From Candidatus Multivoradales bacterium (GTDB lineage: Bacteria; Acidobacteriota; Thermoanaerobaculia; Multivoradales; JAHEKO01), in the NCBI GenBank assembly GCA_965223855.1, contig CBDCXM010000009.1:657054-721053 (forward strand): 64,000 nucleotides of DNA. Direction: 5' to 3'. Positions 18,920-27,521 of this stretch are shown here, piece after piece. The notes under the pieces are model-generated. The model was not told the DNA's origin and did not search any database. It was given only the letters and a program-made list of their open reading frames with translations. Position numbers and translations under genes: made by a program. Position 1 is the first letter of the stretch. Every line of letters begins with the position of its first letter.

Positions 18920-20254
18920 ATGACTACGTTCGAGCCCAGCCCCGATCTCGATCCCGCCGTAGCCCAGGCGATTCAGGACGCGATGAGTGCTCTGCGTGCC
19001 GAGTTCCTCGGCGGCGGCGCGAAGAACGAGACGGATCGTATCGAACAGCTCGACGAAGCGGTCCGGGCGCTCGACCGCGCGGAAGGCCAGACCGAGCTGC
19101 TGGCAGCACTGCTCGAGGAGGCGGGGAGGTTCGCCGAACGATCGCTGTTCCTCGTTCGCGACGACCACCGCTTCACCGGCTGGGCCGCGTTCGGATTCGG
19201 TTCGAGCGACGACGAGGTCGCAGCGGTGGAGGTCAGCGGTGGCGCCTGGTCGCGACTGACGGACGATCGCGAGCCGGTCGATCTGTCGGCGGCCGACTGC
19301 GGGGAAGTCTGCGCGGCGCTCGGAGCGCGGCACGCCGAAGGCGGGCTCGCCGTGCCGTTCGAGTTGCGAGGCTCGACCGCCGGGGCTCTCTATGCCGACG
19401 GATCGACGATCGATCGTGCTGCTCTGCGCCTGCTCGTTTACATCGCCGCGCAGGCGCTCGAGACGTTGCCGGTGAGAAGGGGCGCTGCACCGGCCGCCCC
19501 TGCCGAGCGTGTGGCGGCACCGCCACCGGTCGAGCCCCCCACGCCCGCGGCCCCCGCCGCAGACGAGACGCCGGAGCCCGAGCCGACCCCCGAGCCGACC
19601 CCCGAGAAGCGCGTCCGCGACGAGGAGGTCGAGGACGCAATCGCCAGCGCCACCGAGAGGGTCGTCCCCGAGGAGACCACGAAGGCGCCCGAGCGGGACG
19701 ATCTGGTGTCGATCCATCAGGACGTCACCCCGGAAGGCTTCGACACCGTGGTGGAGGACTTCACCACCTCCGAGGAGGTCGATCTCGATCAGGTGGTGAC
19801 AGCCGAAATCGACGACCTCGAGGCCATCGACGAGCCCGAGGTGGATCCGGGCTTCGCCACCCAGGAGATCTCGACTCTCGAGGAGCCACCGCCGGAGCCG
19901 GAACCGAAAGCACCGAGCCGGTCGATCGAGCAGAGTGAGTTCGCGCCTCCCGCCGAGCTCGACGGTCCCGGCTGGGCGTTCGGCGACCGCAAGAACGAGG
20001 ACGACGCCGGGCACGAGGAAGCGCGCCGTCTGGCGAGATTGCTGGTCACCGAGATCAAGCTCTACAACGAAGAGAAGGTGCGCGAGGCGAGAGAGAGCGG
20101 CTCTCTGTACGAGGCTCTCAAGGAAGACATCGACCGCTCTCGCAGGATCTACAGCGAGCGGATCGAAGAGACCGTCCGCGACTCGAGCGACTACTTCCAG
20201 GACGAGCTCGTCCGGATCCTCGCCGGCGGCGACGCGTCCGCTCTGGGCGCTTGA
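18920..20254 (+). CDS. Hypothetical cytoplasmic protein: conserved N-domain, acidic Pro/Glu linker, conserved C-domain
   Basis: No recognisable catalytic motif. Central low-complexity PEPEPTPEP region. Its stop overlaps the start of the Slt gene (ATGA). Confidence 0.5.
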   Translation: MTTFEPSPDLDPAVAQAIQDAMSALRAEFLGGGAKNETDRIEQLDEAVRALDRAEGQTELLAALLEEAGRFAERSLFLVRDDHRFTGWAAFGFGSSDDEVAAVEVSGGAWSRLTDDREPVDLSAADCGEVCAALGARHAEGGLAVPFELRGSTAGALYADGSTIDRAALRLLVYIAAQALETLPVRRGAAPAAPAERVAAPPPVEPPTPAAPAADETPEPEPTPEPTPEKRVRDEEVEDAIASATERVVPEETTKAPERDDLVSIHQDVTPEGFDTVVEDFTTSEEVDLDQVVTAEIDDLEAIDEPEVDPGFATQEISTLEEPPPEPEPKAPSRSIEQSEFAPPAELDGPGWAFGDRKNEDDAGHEEARRLARLLVTEIKLYNEEKVREARESGSLYEALKEDIDRSRRIYSERIEETVRDSSDYFQDELVRILAGGDASALGA

Positions 20255-22494
20255 CGCGCGCGGCGGCCGGCCTCGCGCTCGCCGTCGCCCTGACGGCCAT
20301 CGCCCTTGCCGGAAGCGAGGGCACCGCGGGTGCTCTCGCTCCGACGACGACGGCGTCAACGGCTACCGCATCTCATCGGCCGCTCGCCACGGGCCCGGCA
20401 CTGCCGACCGCGGTCGCCGAAGGCTGGCCGCTCGAGAGCCTCTCGGCCGCAGCGGCAGCCTTCCGGGAAGGAGGGCCGGGGGCGGCGCGACGCATCCTCG
20501 GCGACGGTTCCGATCGCGGGCACCGCGCCTTGCTGCTCGGGCTCTACGCCTGGTCGGCCGGCGAACCGACGACGGCGGCCTCGCTGCTCGAGCACGGTCG
20601 TGACCCTACCGGGCTGCTCGAGGACTGGCGACTCCACGCACTGGCAGAAGCGCTCGCCGAAACCGGCGCCCACGAGCGATCGCTCGCAGAACTCGAGCGC
20701 CTTCTGGCGGCCCACGCCGACTCCCCCCTGCACGCCGAGAGCCATCGCCGCCGCCTCGAGACGACCTACCGCTCGGGGGACTGGCTCGGAGCGCTGCGCG
20801 GCATCGAGGCGGCTCGGCAGCTCGGCCTTCACGATGACCTGGCACCGCGACTCGACCTGCTGGAATGGGAGATCGCCGAGGCGCGCGAGCTTCCCGACCT
20901 GCAGCGCGAGACGGCGCGGCACCTGCTCGTCCACCATCCGCTCGAGGCGTCCGAGCTTCGAGCCGTGGAGTTGTTCCGGCGCCCGGACGGCGAGGTGCCG
21001 TGGGAACAATTCCTGAGCGACGCCGACCTCGTCGAACGAGCCCGTCAACTGCTGCGCAGCGGTGTCGCTTCCGCTGCCTTGCCGGCGCTCGAGGCGGTGC
21101 CCGAGGTCCGTCGCGACCTCGACTGGTTCCTGCTCGAGGCCGAGGCGCTGACCCTCGAACGCAGGGGAGCCGACGCGCTCGCCGCCCTGGCTCGCCGCCC
21201 ATCGACGCCGCACGATCGATTGACCCAGATCCGGCAGGCGAGGGCCGCTGCGGCGCTCGAAGCGGCGACCGTGCGACGGGGGAGGGCAAACGCCGACGCC
21301 GAGCAGCGCTCACGCTGGCGCGATGCCGCCTGGCAGGATCTGTGGCGCATCGCCCTCGACGCCGAGGACAGCGGGGACCGTATCGCTGCGCTGCGCCGTC
21401 TCTACCGTCTTGCCGACCTCGAAGAGAACTTCGAGCTCGCCGTCGACGTGCTGCGCCGCCTGAGAATCGAGGACCCGGAGGAGATCACCGGTTATCGCGA
21501 CCTGTGGAAGCTCGGCTGGCGCGCCTTCCGCGAGGACGACCTGACGGTGGCGATCGGCATCTGGCGGGAGCTTCAGAACCTCTATCCCGAGGTGTCGACG
21601 GCCCGTCAGGCGCTCTACTGGTCGGCGGTCGCCCATCAGGGGCTCGGCGACACCGACCGCTCGCGACGCCTGCTCGCTCAGGTCGTGTCTGCCGACACGT
21701 TCGACTTCTACTCCCGGCACGCCGCTCGCCGGCTCGGCAGCGCCCCTCGCCGCGGACGGCCGCTGCCGGTCTCCGAGCCGTGGCCGTCCTCCGGTCTCCT
21801 CGCCCGCACCGCTCTGCTGAGCGAGCTCGGCCTGGACACTGCGGCGGCCTACGAACTCGAGCTTCTGCGGGAGCGGGCCGAGCCGCGGGCGGTCGAGGCT
21901 CTCGACGCTCTGATCCTCGCGCGGCGCGGCAACCGCCGCGACAGCGTGCAGGCTGCCTGGCGAGCCTTCAAGCGACTCGGCAAGCCGGGGCAGACCGCCG
22001 TACCGAGGTCGATGCGCGAGCTCTACTACCCGCTCGAGTACGAGGCGTCGATCTCGCGCTGGGCGAAGGAGCGCGGGCTCGACCCCGAGCTGGTGTTCGC
22101 CATCGTGCGCCAGGAAAGCGCGTTCGATGCAGCAGCGGTCAGTCGGGCGGGAGCTCGCGGGTTGATGCAGCTCATGCCCGCGACCGGTCGCGAGCTCGCC
22201 GGCAAGCTCGGCCTCTCGTACTCGACGACGCGTCTGCTCGATCCCGAGTACAGCGTGCGGCTCGGAACCCGCTACTTCGCTCAGGTACTCGCGATGTTCG
22301 ACGGTGACGTCGAGCTGGCGCTCGCCGGCTACAACGGCGGCCCCTACCGGATCCGTCGCTGGTGGCGGGAAGCGGGACCGGACCACGGTGTCGACCGCTT
22401 CGTCGAAGGTCTCGCCCTTGCGGAGACGACGAGCTACGTCAAGAGGATCGTCAGCCTCCGCGACAGCTACGAAGCGCTCTACGGAGCGGGCTGA
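20251..22494 (+). CDS. Soluble lytic murein transglycosylase (Slt family; superhelical N-domain plus SLT catalytic domain)
   Basis: SLT active-site region …IVRQESAFDAAAVSRAGARGLMQLMPATG…GYNGGP…, a signal peptide, and a long helical-repeat N-domain. Confidence 0.8.
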   Translation: MTRAAAGLALAVALTAIALAGSEGTAGALAPTTTASTATASHRPLATGPALPTAVAEGWPLESLSAAAAAFREGGPGAARRILGDGSDRGHRALLLGLYAWSAGEPTTAASLLEHGRDPTGLLEDWRLHALAEALAETGAHERSLAELERLLAAHADSPLHAESHRRRLETTYRSGDWLGALRGIEAARQLGLHDDLAPRLDLLEWEIAEARELPDLQRETARHLLVHHPLEASELRAVELFRRPDGEVPWEQFLSDADLVERARQLLRSGVASAALPALEAVPEVRRDLDWFLLEAEALTLERRGADALAALARRPSTPHDRLTQIRQARAAAALEAATVRRGRANADAEQRSRWRDAAWQDLWRIALDAEDSGDRIAALRRLYRLADLEENFELAVDVLRRLRIEDPEEITGYRDLWKLGWRAFREDDLTVAIGIWRELQNLYPEVSTARQALYWSAVAHQGLGDTDRSRRLLAQVVSADTFDFYSRHAARRLGSAPRRGRPLPVSEPWPSSGLLARTALLSELGLDTAAAYELELLRERAEPRAVEALDALILARRGNRRDSVQAAWRAFKRLGKPGQTAVPRSMRELYYPLEYEASISRWAKERGLDPELVFAIVRQESAFDAAAVSRAGARGLMQLMPATGRELAGKLGLSYSTTRLLDPEYSVRLGTRYFAQVLAMFDGDVELALAGYNGGPYRIRRWWREAGPDHGVDRFVEGLALAETTSYVKRIVSLRDSYEALYGAG

Positions 22495-22603
22495 CCCAGT
22501 CCCCATAGAACCGGTATACTTCAAGGCTATTTCGGAGGCCCGGCGAAGCAATCAGGCCGGGTGCCGGGGGCGGGCCGGCGCGACGCTGGAATCCGCGGTA
22601 CAC

Positions 22604-22676
22604 GGGTCCATAGCTCAGCGGTTAGAGCATCCGGCTCATAACCGGCAGGTCCCTGGTTCGAATCCAGGTGGACCCA
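22604..22676 (+). tRNA. tRNA-Met (anticodon CAT; elongator-type G1-C72)
   Basis: Cloverleaf folded by hand. Acceptor GGGTCCA/TGGACCC, D-arm GCTC…GAGC, anticodon loop CTCATAA, T-arm CCTGG TTCGAAT CCAGG. CCA is not encoded. It could alternatively be tRNA-Ile2 (lysidine). Confidence 0.8.
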
Positions 22677-22689
22677 CATAGGAGAGTCG

Positions 22690-23448
22690 ATGTCGGCGAG
22701 TTCAACGACCACAACGATTGACGTCATTGTCGAGCTGCAGGAGACCCACGACGAGCTGACCGCGGCGGAAGCGCTGCTCGGCGGGATCCCCGACTGGATG
22801 CAGGAGCTGCATGCCGAGTACTCCGAGCGGCGCGCCGCGATCGACTCGATTCAGGAGGGCATCGACCAGGCGGCCTCCGACCGCAGGACCGCCGAGGCCG
22901 AGATCGCCGACGCGCAGGAGAAGCTGGCGCACTACCAGGACCAGATCGGCCGGGTGCGCAATCAGCGTGAGTACAGCGCCCTTCTGCAGGAGATCGACAT
23001 CGTCAAGCAGGCGATCCAGACGCACGACGAGAGCAGTCTGGAAGCGCTCGAGCGGCACGAGGCCGAGACCGGCCGTCTGGAAGAGGAACGGCAGGCGTTC
23101 GCGGATCTCGAGGAGCGCTACAACGGCGAGCTCGCCAAGTGGGAGGCGCAGAAGCCCGACGTCGCCGCCAACGCTGCGAGCCTCAAGGCAAAGATCGACG
23201 AGTTGCGGGAACAGCTCGAGCCCGGCGATCTCAGGGCTTTCGACGTCAACTACGAGCGGTTCGGCGGCGCCGCCCTCGCCCGGATTCAGCTGGTGCAACG
23301 ACCCGGCAAGGGCCCTCAGATGTGGCACTGCAGCAACTGCAACTATCGGGTTCTGCCGCAGGCGCTCGTCGAGGTGCGCAATCACGGGTCCGTCGTGCTC
23401 TGCGACAGTTGTAAGCGCATTCTCCACTTCGTCGAGAGCGACGACTGA
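22690..23448 (+). CDS. Zinc-ribbon / coiled-coil protein (COG1579-like)
   Basis: A long coiled-coil is followed by a C-terminal C4 ribbon (CSNCNYRV…CDSCKRIL). Confidence 0.65.
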   Translation: MSASSTTTTIDVIVELQETHDELTAAEALLGGIPDWMQELHAEYSERRAAIDSIQEGIDQAASDRRTAEAEIADAQEKLAHYQDQIGRVRNQREYSALLQEIDIVKQAIQTHDESSLEALERHEAETGRLEEERQAFADLEERYNGELAKWEAQKPDVAANAASLKAKIDELREQLEPGDLRAFDVNYERFGGAALARIQLVQRPGKGPQMWHCSNCNYRVLPQALVEVRNHGSVVLCDSCKRILHFVESDD

Positions 23449-23477
23449 GGAAGCTCCGCGTCCGGCGGAGACGACCC

Positions 23478-24191
23478 TTGACCGACCCGCACGGCGTCGC
23501 CTCACGGCTGGCGGCGGTCGAGGAGCGGATCTCGGACGCCTGCCTCGAAGCAGGGCGGCCGCGCGGCGGTGTCACCCTGATCGGCGCCAGCAAGGTGCAC
23601 CCTCCGGAGGTGCTGGCAGCCGCCTACGATGCCGGTCTGCGCACCTTCGGCGAGAACCGCGTGCAGGAGGGGCTCGAGAAGGCGCCGCAGCTGCCGGACG
23701 ACATCGACTGGCATCTGATCGGACCGCTCCAGTCGAACAAGGTGCGCAAGGCGGTGACGCTCTTCTCGACGATCCACTCGATCGACCGCCTCAAGATCGC
23801 CCGCGCCATCGATCGCGTCGCCGCCGAGAGCGGCGCCAGGAGGACCGGCCTGATCGAGGTCAACGTCGGCGGCGAAGCGAGCAAGCACGGCTTCGATCCG
23901 GGGACTCTCGCGCGCGATCTCGAAGAGCTGGTGAGGCTCGAAGCGCTCGACATCGCCGGCCTGATGACGATCCCCCCGTTCGGCGGCACCGCTGAGGCGT
24001 CGCGCCCCTGGTTCGAGCGGCTGCGCACCCTCGCAGAGGAGATCGGCGGCCTCGGACTGCCCGGTTGGCGAGGCTGGCTGTCGATGGGGATGAGTCACGA
24101 CCTCGAAGTCGCGATCGAGTGCGGCGCCACCCATGTGAGGGTCGGCACCGATCTCTTCGGGCCACGACCGCCCCGTGGAGCGCCTCGATGA
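23478..24191 (+). CDS. yggS: YggS-family pyridoxal-phosphate homeostasis protein
   Basis: Contains IGASKVHP, FGENRVQE and LIGPLQSNKV…HSIDR; typical length of about 230 aa. Confidence 0.85.
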   Translation: MTDPHGVASRLAAVEERISDACLEAGRPRGGVTLIGASKVHPPEVLAAAYDAGLRTFGENRVQEGLEKAPQLPDDIDWHLIGPLQSNKVRKAVTLFSTIHSIDRLKIARAIDRVAAESGARRTGLIEVNVGGEASKHGFDPGTLARDLEELVRLEALDIAGLMTIPPFGGTAEASRPWFERLRTLAEEIGGLGLPGWRGWLSMGMSHDLEVAIECGATHVRVGTDLFGPRPPRGAPR

Positions 24192-24478
24192 GCGCGACCG
24201 GCAGAGCCGCATCGATGGCGCGCCACGCGCCTCACTACCGATCCGAGCTCCTCGAGCAGGACGAGTGGGCATCGTGGCGCGTAGCGACCCTGCTCGAGGA
24301 CGGCGATCGTCGCGAGTTGCGCGCGCTCGTCGAGGACGTCGGAGCGAAGCGGCTGAGGCAGTGGCTCGTCGAACGAGGCGCGCGGCAGCTGTCGCGTCGC
24401 AGCCTCGCCTTCTGGGCGCTCGTTCTCGATGCGAAAGTGACGGCGACCTCCGGACGGGACGAGCTGTGGCCGCTGTGA
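24188..24478 (+). CDS. Small hypothetical protein (96 aa), a possible antitoxin-like partner of the downstream nucleotidyltransferase
   Basis: Its ATG overlaps the yggS stop (ATGA) and its stop overlaps the downstream GTG (GTGA). Helical, Arg/Glu-rich. No family assigned. Confidence 0.4.
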   Translation: MSATGRAASMARHAPHYRSELLEQDEWASWRVATLLEDGDRRELRALVEDVGAKRLRQWLVERGARQLSRRSLAFWALVLDAKVTATSGRDELWPL

Positions 24479-25182
24479 CGCCCGTCGCCGGCGAGGTACT
24501 CGCCCCCGAGGCCCGGGAGAGCCTGCGCACCCTCGCCCGGGTGCCGGCGATCGCCGACATGTACCTCGCCGGGTCGGCGGCGCTGGCCCTCTACCTCGAC
24601 CATCGCCCGGTCCGCCAGCTCGACTTCATGGCCGCCGGCAACCGGCTGCTGCCGCCCGACCGCCGCGACCTGCTGGAGGCGCTGCTGGCCCGGGACACGG
24701 GCACCAGCGTCGAGACGGCCCGCGACGGCTTGCTCCACGTCCGGACGGGCAACGACACGGTCGTGCGTTTCTACTACTACCCGTACCCGCTGATCGACCC
24801 GGAAGAGGAGGCGCTCGGGCTGCCGGTCGCCTCGCTGCTCGATCTCGGATTGATGAAGCTGGGAGCGATCATCAGTCGCGGCACGCGGCGCGACTTCGTC
24901 GATCTCCATCTGTTGACGCAGGTGCTGCCGCTGGCGACCCTGCTCGAACGCTCCCACGAGAAGTTCGGTCATGTGCGCGACTTCCCGCTCCAGGCGCTCA
25001 AGGGGCTCGCCGACTTCTCGCTCACCGAGGGAGAGCCGATGCCGCGCCTCAACACGGCGCTCGACTGGCACGAGGTCCGCGAGCGACTCGAGACCGAGGT
25101 CGCGCACCTGGCAGGAGGGGAGTTCGGCCTCCCGGGTGGCCGCCCGGTAGAGACGGCTCCAGATGGAGGAGAGCGATCGTGA
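24475..25182 (+). CDS. Nucleotidyltransferase-fold protein, DUF1814 / AbiEii-like
   Basis: Pol-beta NTase-like motif YLAGSAALALYL…RQLDFM (G[GS]…D.D). About 235 aa. Its stop overlaps the hutI start. Confidence 0.5.
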   Translation: MTPVAGEVLAPEARESLRTLARVPAIADMYLAGSAALALYLDHRPVRQLDFMAAGNRLLPPDRRDLLEALLARDTGTSVETARDGLLHVRTGNDTVVRFYYYPYPLIDPEEEALGLPVASLLDLGLMKLGAIISRGTRRDFVDLHLLTQVLPLATLLERSHEKFGHVRDFPLQALKGLADFSLTEGEPMPRLNTALDWHEVRERLETEVAHLAGGEFGLPGGRPVETAPDGGERS

Positions 25183-26450
25183 CGATGTTGTGGATCGAGG
25201 GAGCGACGGACCTGGCGACTCCGCTGGGCGACACCCCGCGTGCCGGGGCGGCGCAAGGGCGCCTCGAGCGACACTCGAACGTCGATCTGCTGTGCCGCGA
25301 CGGTGAAATCGTCGCGATCGGCCCCGCCGCGGAGATCGCCGCCGCGGTAGAGGCGGCCGGCGACGAAGGCATCGAGCGCTTCGACGCGCGCGGCCGCACG
25401 CTGATCCCCGGCTTCGTCGATCCGCACACCCACCTGCCGTGGGCGGGCAGTCGGGAAGGGGAGTTCGCACAGCGCCTCGCCGGGCGCAGCTATCAGGAGA
25501 TCGCCGCAGAGGGCGGCGGCATCCTCTCGACGGTCCGGACCACCCGTGAGGCGGACGAGGACGAGATTGCACGGCTGACCCGCGCGCGACTCGACCGGAT
25601 GCTCGCCTGGGGCACGACGACGGTCGAGGCCAAGAGCGGGTACGGGCTTTCGGTCGAAGCCGAGCTCAAGCAGCTGCGCTCCCTCGACAAGGCGGCCGAA
25701 GACCACCCTCTCGACGTCGTGCCGACGCTCCTCGCCGCCCACGAGACACCGCCCGAGCTGCGTCCCGACACCGATCGCTACGTCGACATCGTGTGTAGCG
25801 AGATCGTACCGGCGGTGGCCGAGGCAGAGCTCGCGACCTACTGCGACGTCTTCTGCGAGGAGGGGGTGTTCTCGCCGGAACAGTCGCGTCGGGTGCTCGA
25901 GGCGGGGCTCGCCCACGGCCTCGTCCCCCGGCTGCACGCAGACGAGTTCGTCGATTCCCACGGCGCCGAGCTGGCCGCTGAGGTCGGAGCCGTCACGGCG
26001 GACCATCTGATGGCCGTCTCGACGCGGGGCCTCGAATCGCTGCGCGACGGCGGCGTGCTTGCCGGTCTGCTCCCCGGGACTAGCTTCTTCCTCAAGAAGA
26101 AGGTGTACGCCCCGGCGCGGCGACTGATCGAAGAGGGGGTCGCCGTGACGCTGGCGACCGACTGCAACCCCGGTTCGTCCCACACCGAGTCGATGCCGAT
26201 GATCTTCTGGCTCGCGGTTCTCGAACTCGACATGACGGTCGAGGAGGCTCTGACCGCGGCCACTCTCAACGCCGCCTGCAGTGTCGGCATGGGAGAGCGC
26301 ATCGGCTCGCTGGAGATCGGCAAGCAGGCCGACGTCGTGATTCTGGAGGGGTCGAGCTTCGACTCTCTCGCCTACCACTACGGAATCCACCCGATCCACG
26401 CGGTCGTCAAGCGTGGAAGGGTCGTCTTCGAGGCTTCGGACCCGGCCTGA
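25179..26450 (+). CDS. hutI: Imidazolonepropionase
   Basis: HutI hallmarks PGFVDPHTHL, ATDCNPGS and GKQADVVIL; 423 aa. Confidence 0.85.
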   Translation: MTMLWIEGATDLATPLGDTPRAGAAQGRLERHSNVDLLCRDGEIVAIGPAAEIAAAVEAAGDEGIERFDARGRTLIPGFVDPHTHLPWAGSREGEFAQRLAGRSYQEIAAEGGGILSTVRTTREADEDEIARLTRARLDRMLAWGTTTVEAKSGYGLSVEAELKQLRSLDKAAEDHPLDVVPTLLAAHETPPELRPDTDRYVDIVCSEIVPAVAEAELATYCDVFCEEGVFSPEQSRRVLEAGLAHGLVPRLHADEFVDSHGAELAAEVGAVTADHLMAVSTRGLESLRDGGVLAGLLPGTSFFLKKKVYAPARRLIEEGVAVTLATDCNPGSSHTESMPMIFWLAVLELDMTVEEALTAATLNAACSVGMGERIGSLEIGKQADVVILEGSSFDSLAYHYGIHPIHAVVKRGRVVFEASDPA

Positions 26451-26483
26451 CGACTCGGTCTCCCTCGAGGCGGGGTGCGATCG

Positions 26484-27077
26484 TCAGTCCTGTACGAGAG
26501 CCAGACGGGCGGCCGTGATGAGGGCGTTCTCGCCTTCGACCAGCTGCGCTCCGCGACGGCCGAGCGAGAACTTGATCTCGATCGCCGTATCGAGATCCGC
26601 GGCCCTCCGAACCCGCACCAGCTTGGCTGGCAGCGTCTCCGGAGCGTAGCGCCAGATCTCGACCTGTACCTCACGCATCGTCGAACGTGACCCTCGGCGC
26701 CCTGGCTTCCAGGCCAGCGAGTCTTCGGTCGCGATCTGCATGTGCGGCGGAGGGCCGAGAAGGATGAGGGCACGGCCACGAGCGGTGAGACTCCCCCGTT
26801 CGTTCCTCTCTGCATAAAGCAGATCGGCGGCCTCGACCCGGGCCAGGAACTGAGCGCGGAACTCGTTGTCGATCGTCGCCGGCTCCGGATCGCGCAACTG
26901 CCAGAAGCGCTCGACGAAGTTGGCAGCCTCGGCGGGTGTCTCGACGCGCCGGATCTCGCGCCAGTCGCTGGGGAGCAGGAGCCATCTCACCGGACCCTGG
27001 GCCCAGTCCATCAACTCCTCCGTGCCGTCGGACGACTGACCGGTCGCGACCGCCGGTTGGATCACCGCCAGGGTCAC
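26484..27077 (-). CDS. Hypothetical secreted protein
   Basis: The first in-frame start is a GTG. Hydrophobic N-terminus AVTLAVIQPAVATGQ. Last gene of an apparent SBP–DUF3467–this operon. Confidence 0.4.
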   Translation of the reverse strand: MTLAVIQPAVATGQSSDGTEELMDWAQGPVRWLLLPSDWREIRRVETPAEAANFVERFWQLRDPEPATIDNEFRAQFLARVEAADLLYAERNERGSLTARGRALILLGPPPHMQIATEDSLAWKPGRRGSRSTMREVQVEIWRYAPETLPAKLVRVRRAADLDTAIEIKFSLGRRGAQLVEGENALITAARLALVQD

Positions 27078-27112
27078 CGCCAGAGCGGCCAGTCGGTACC
27101 TCCGAGTCCTGC

Positions 27113-27391
27113 TCAGTTGAGCGGGCCTCCGGAAGGCTCGGCTGCCTCGACGATCTCGCCGAAACGGTCCTCGTAGCGTCTCAGGTTGTCCCCCAGCGCG
27201 TGGAGGATCCGTTTGAGATGCCCCGGGCTGGTGACGATCCTCGCCGTGACCGCCCCTTGCGGCGGCACCACGTTGATGAAGTCGAGGATGAACTCCTCCC
27301 GGGTATGGGTGATGCGGAGCAGATTCGAGTAGCGCCCTTTGAGCTCCTCGTCCGCGATCTTGATGTTGATGCCGTTCTCGGAATCGGCCAT
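27113..27391 (-). CDS. DUF3467-family small protein
   Basis: INIKIADEELKGRYSNLLRITHTREEFILDFINVVP…HLKRILHALGDNLRRYE matches the DUF3467 pattern. Confidence 0.6.
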   Translation of the reverse strand: MADSENGINIKIADEELKGRYSNLLRITHTREEFILDFINVVPPQGAVTARIVTSPGHLKRILHALGDNLRRYEDRFGEIVEAAEPSGGPLN

Positions 27392-27521
27392 GGCTGTCTC
27401 CTCAGGTGCAACGAATCATGCTAGCAATCCCGTCGCGAGCGGCCACGACTGCGGTCGTCGGCCGACGTCCCGTCGATTCGGCTTTCTGCCGGTCCTGCCG
27501 CCCGGGGCGGTCCCGGGAGGA

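Noticed and set aside
26451-26483. Palindromic sequence ctgacga…tcgtcag after hutI as a bidirectional terminator
   Set aside because: Only 7 bp of outer complementarity with a poorly paired interior and no T-tract. Too weak to call.
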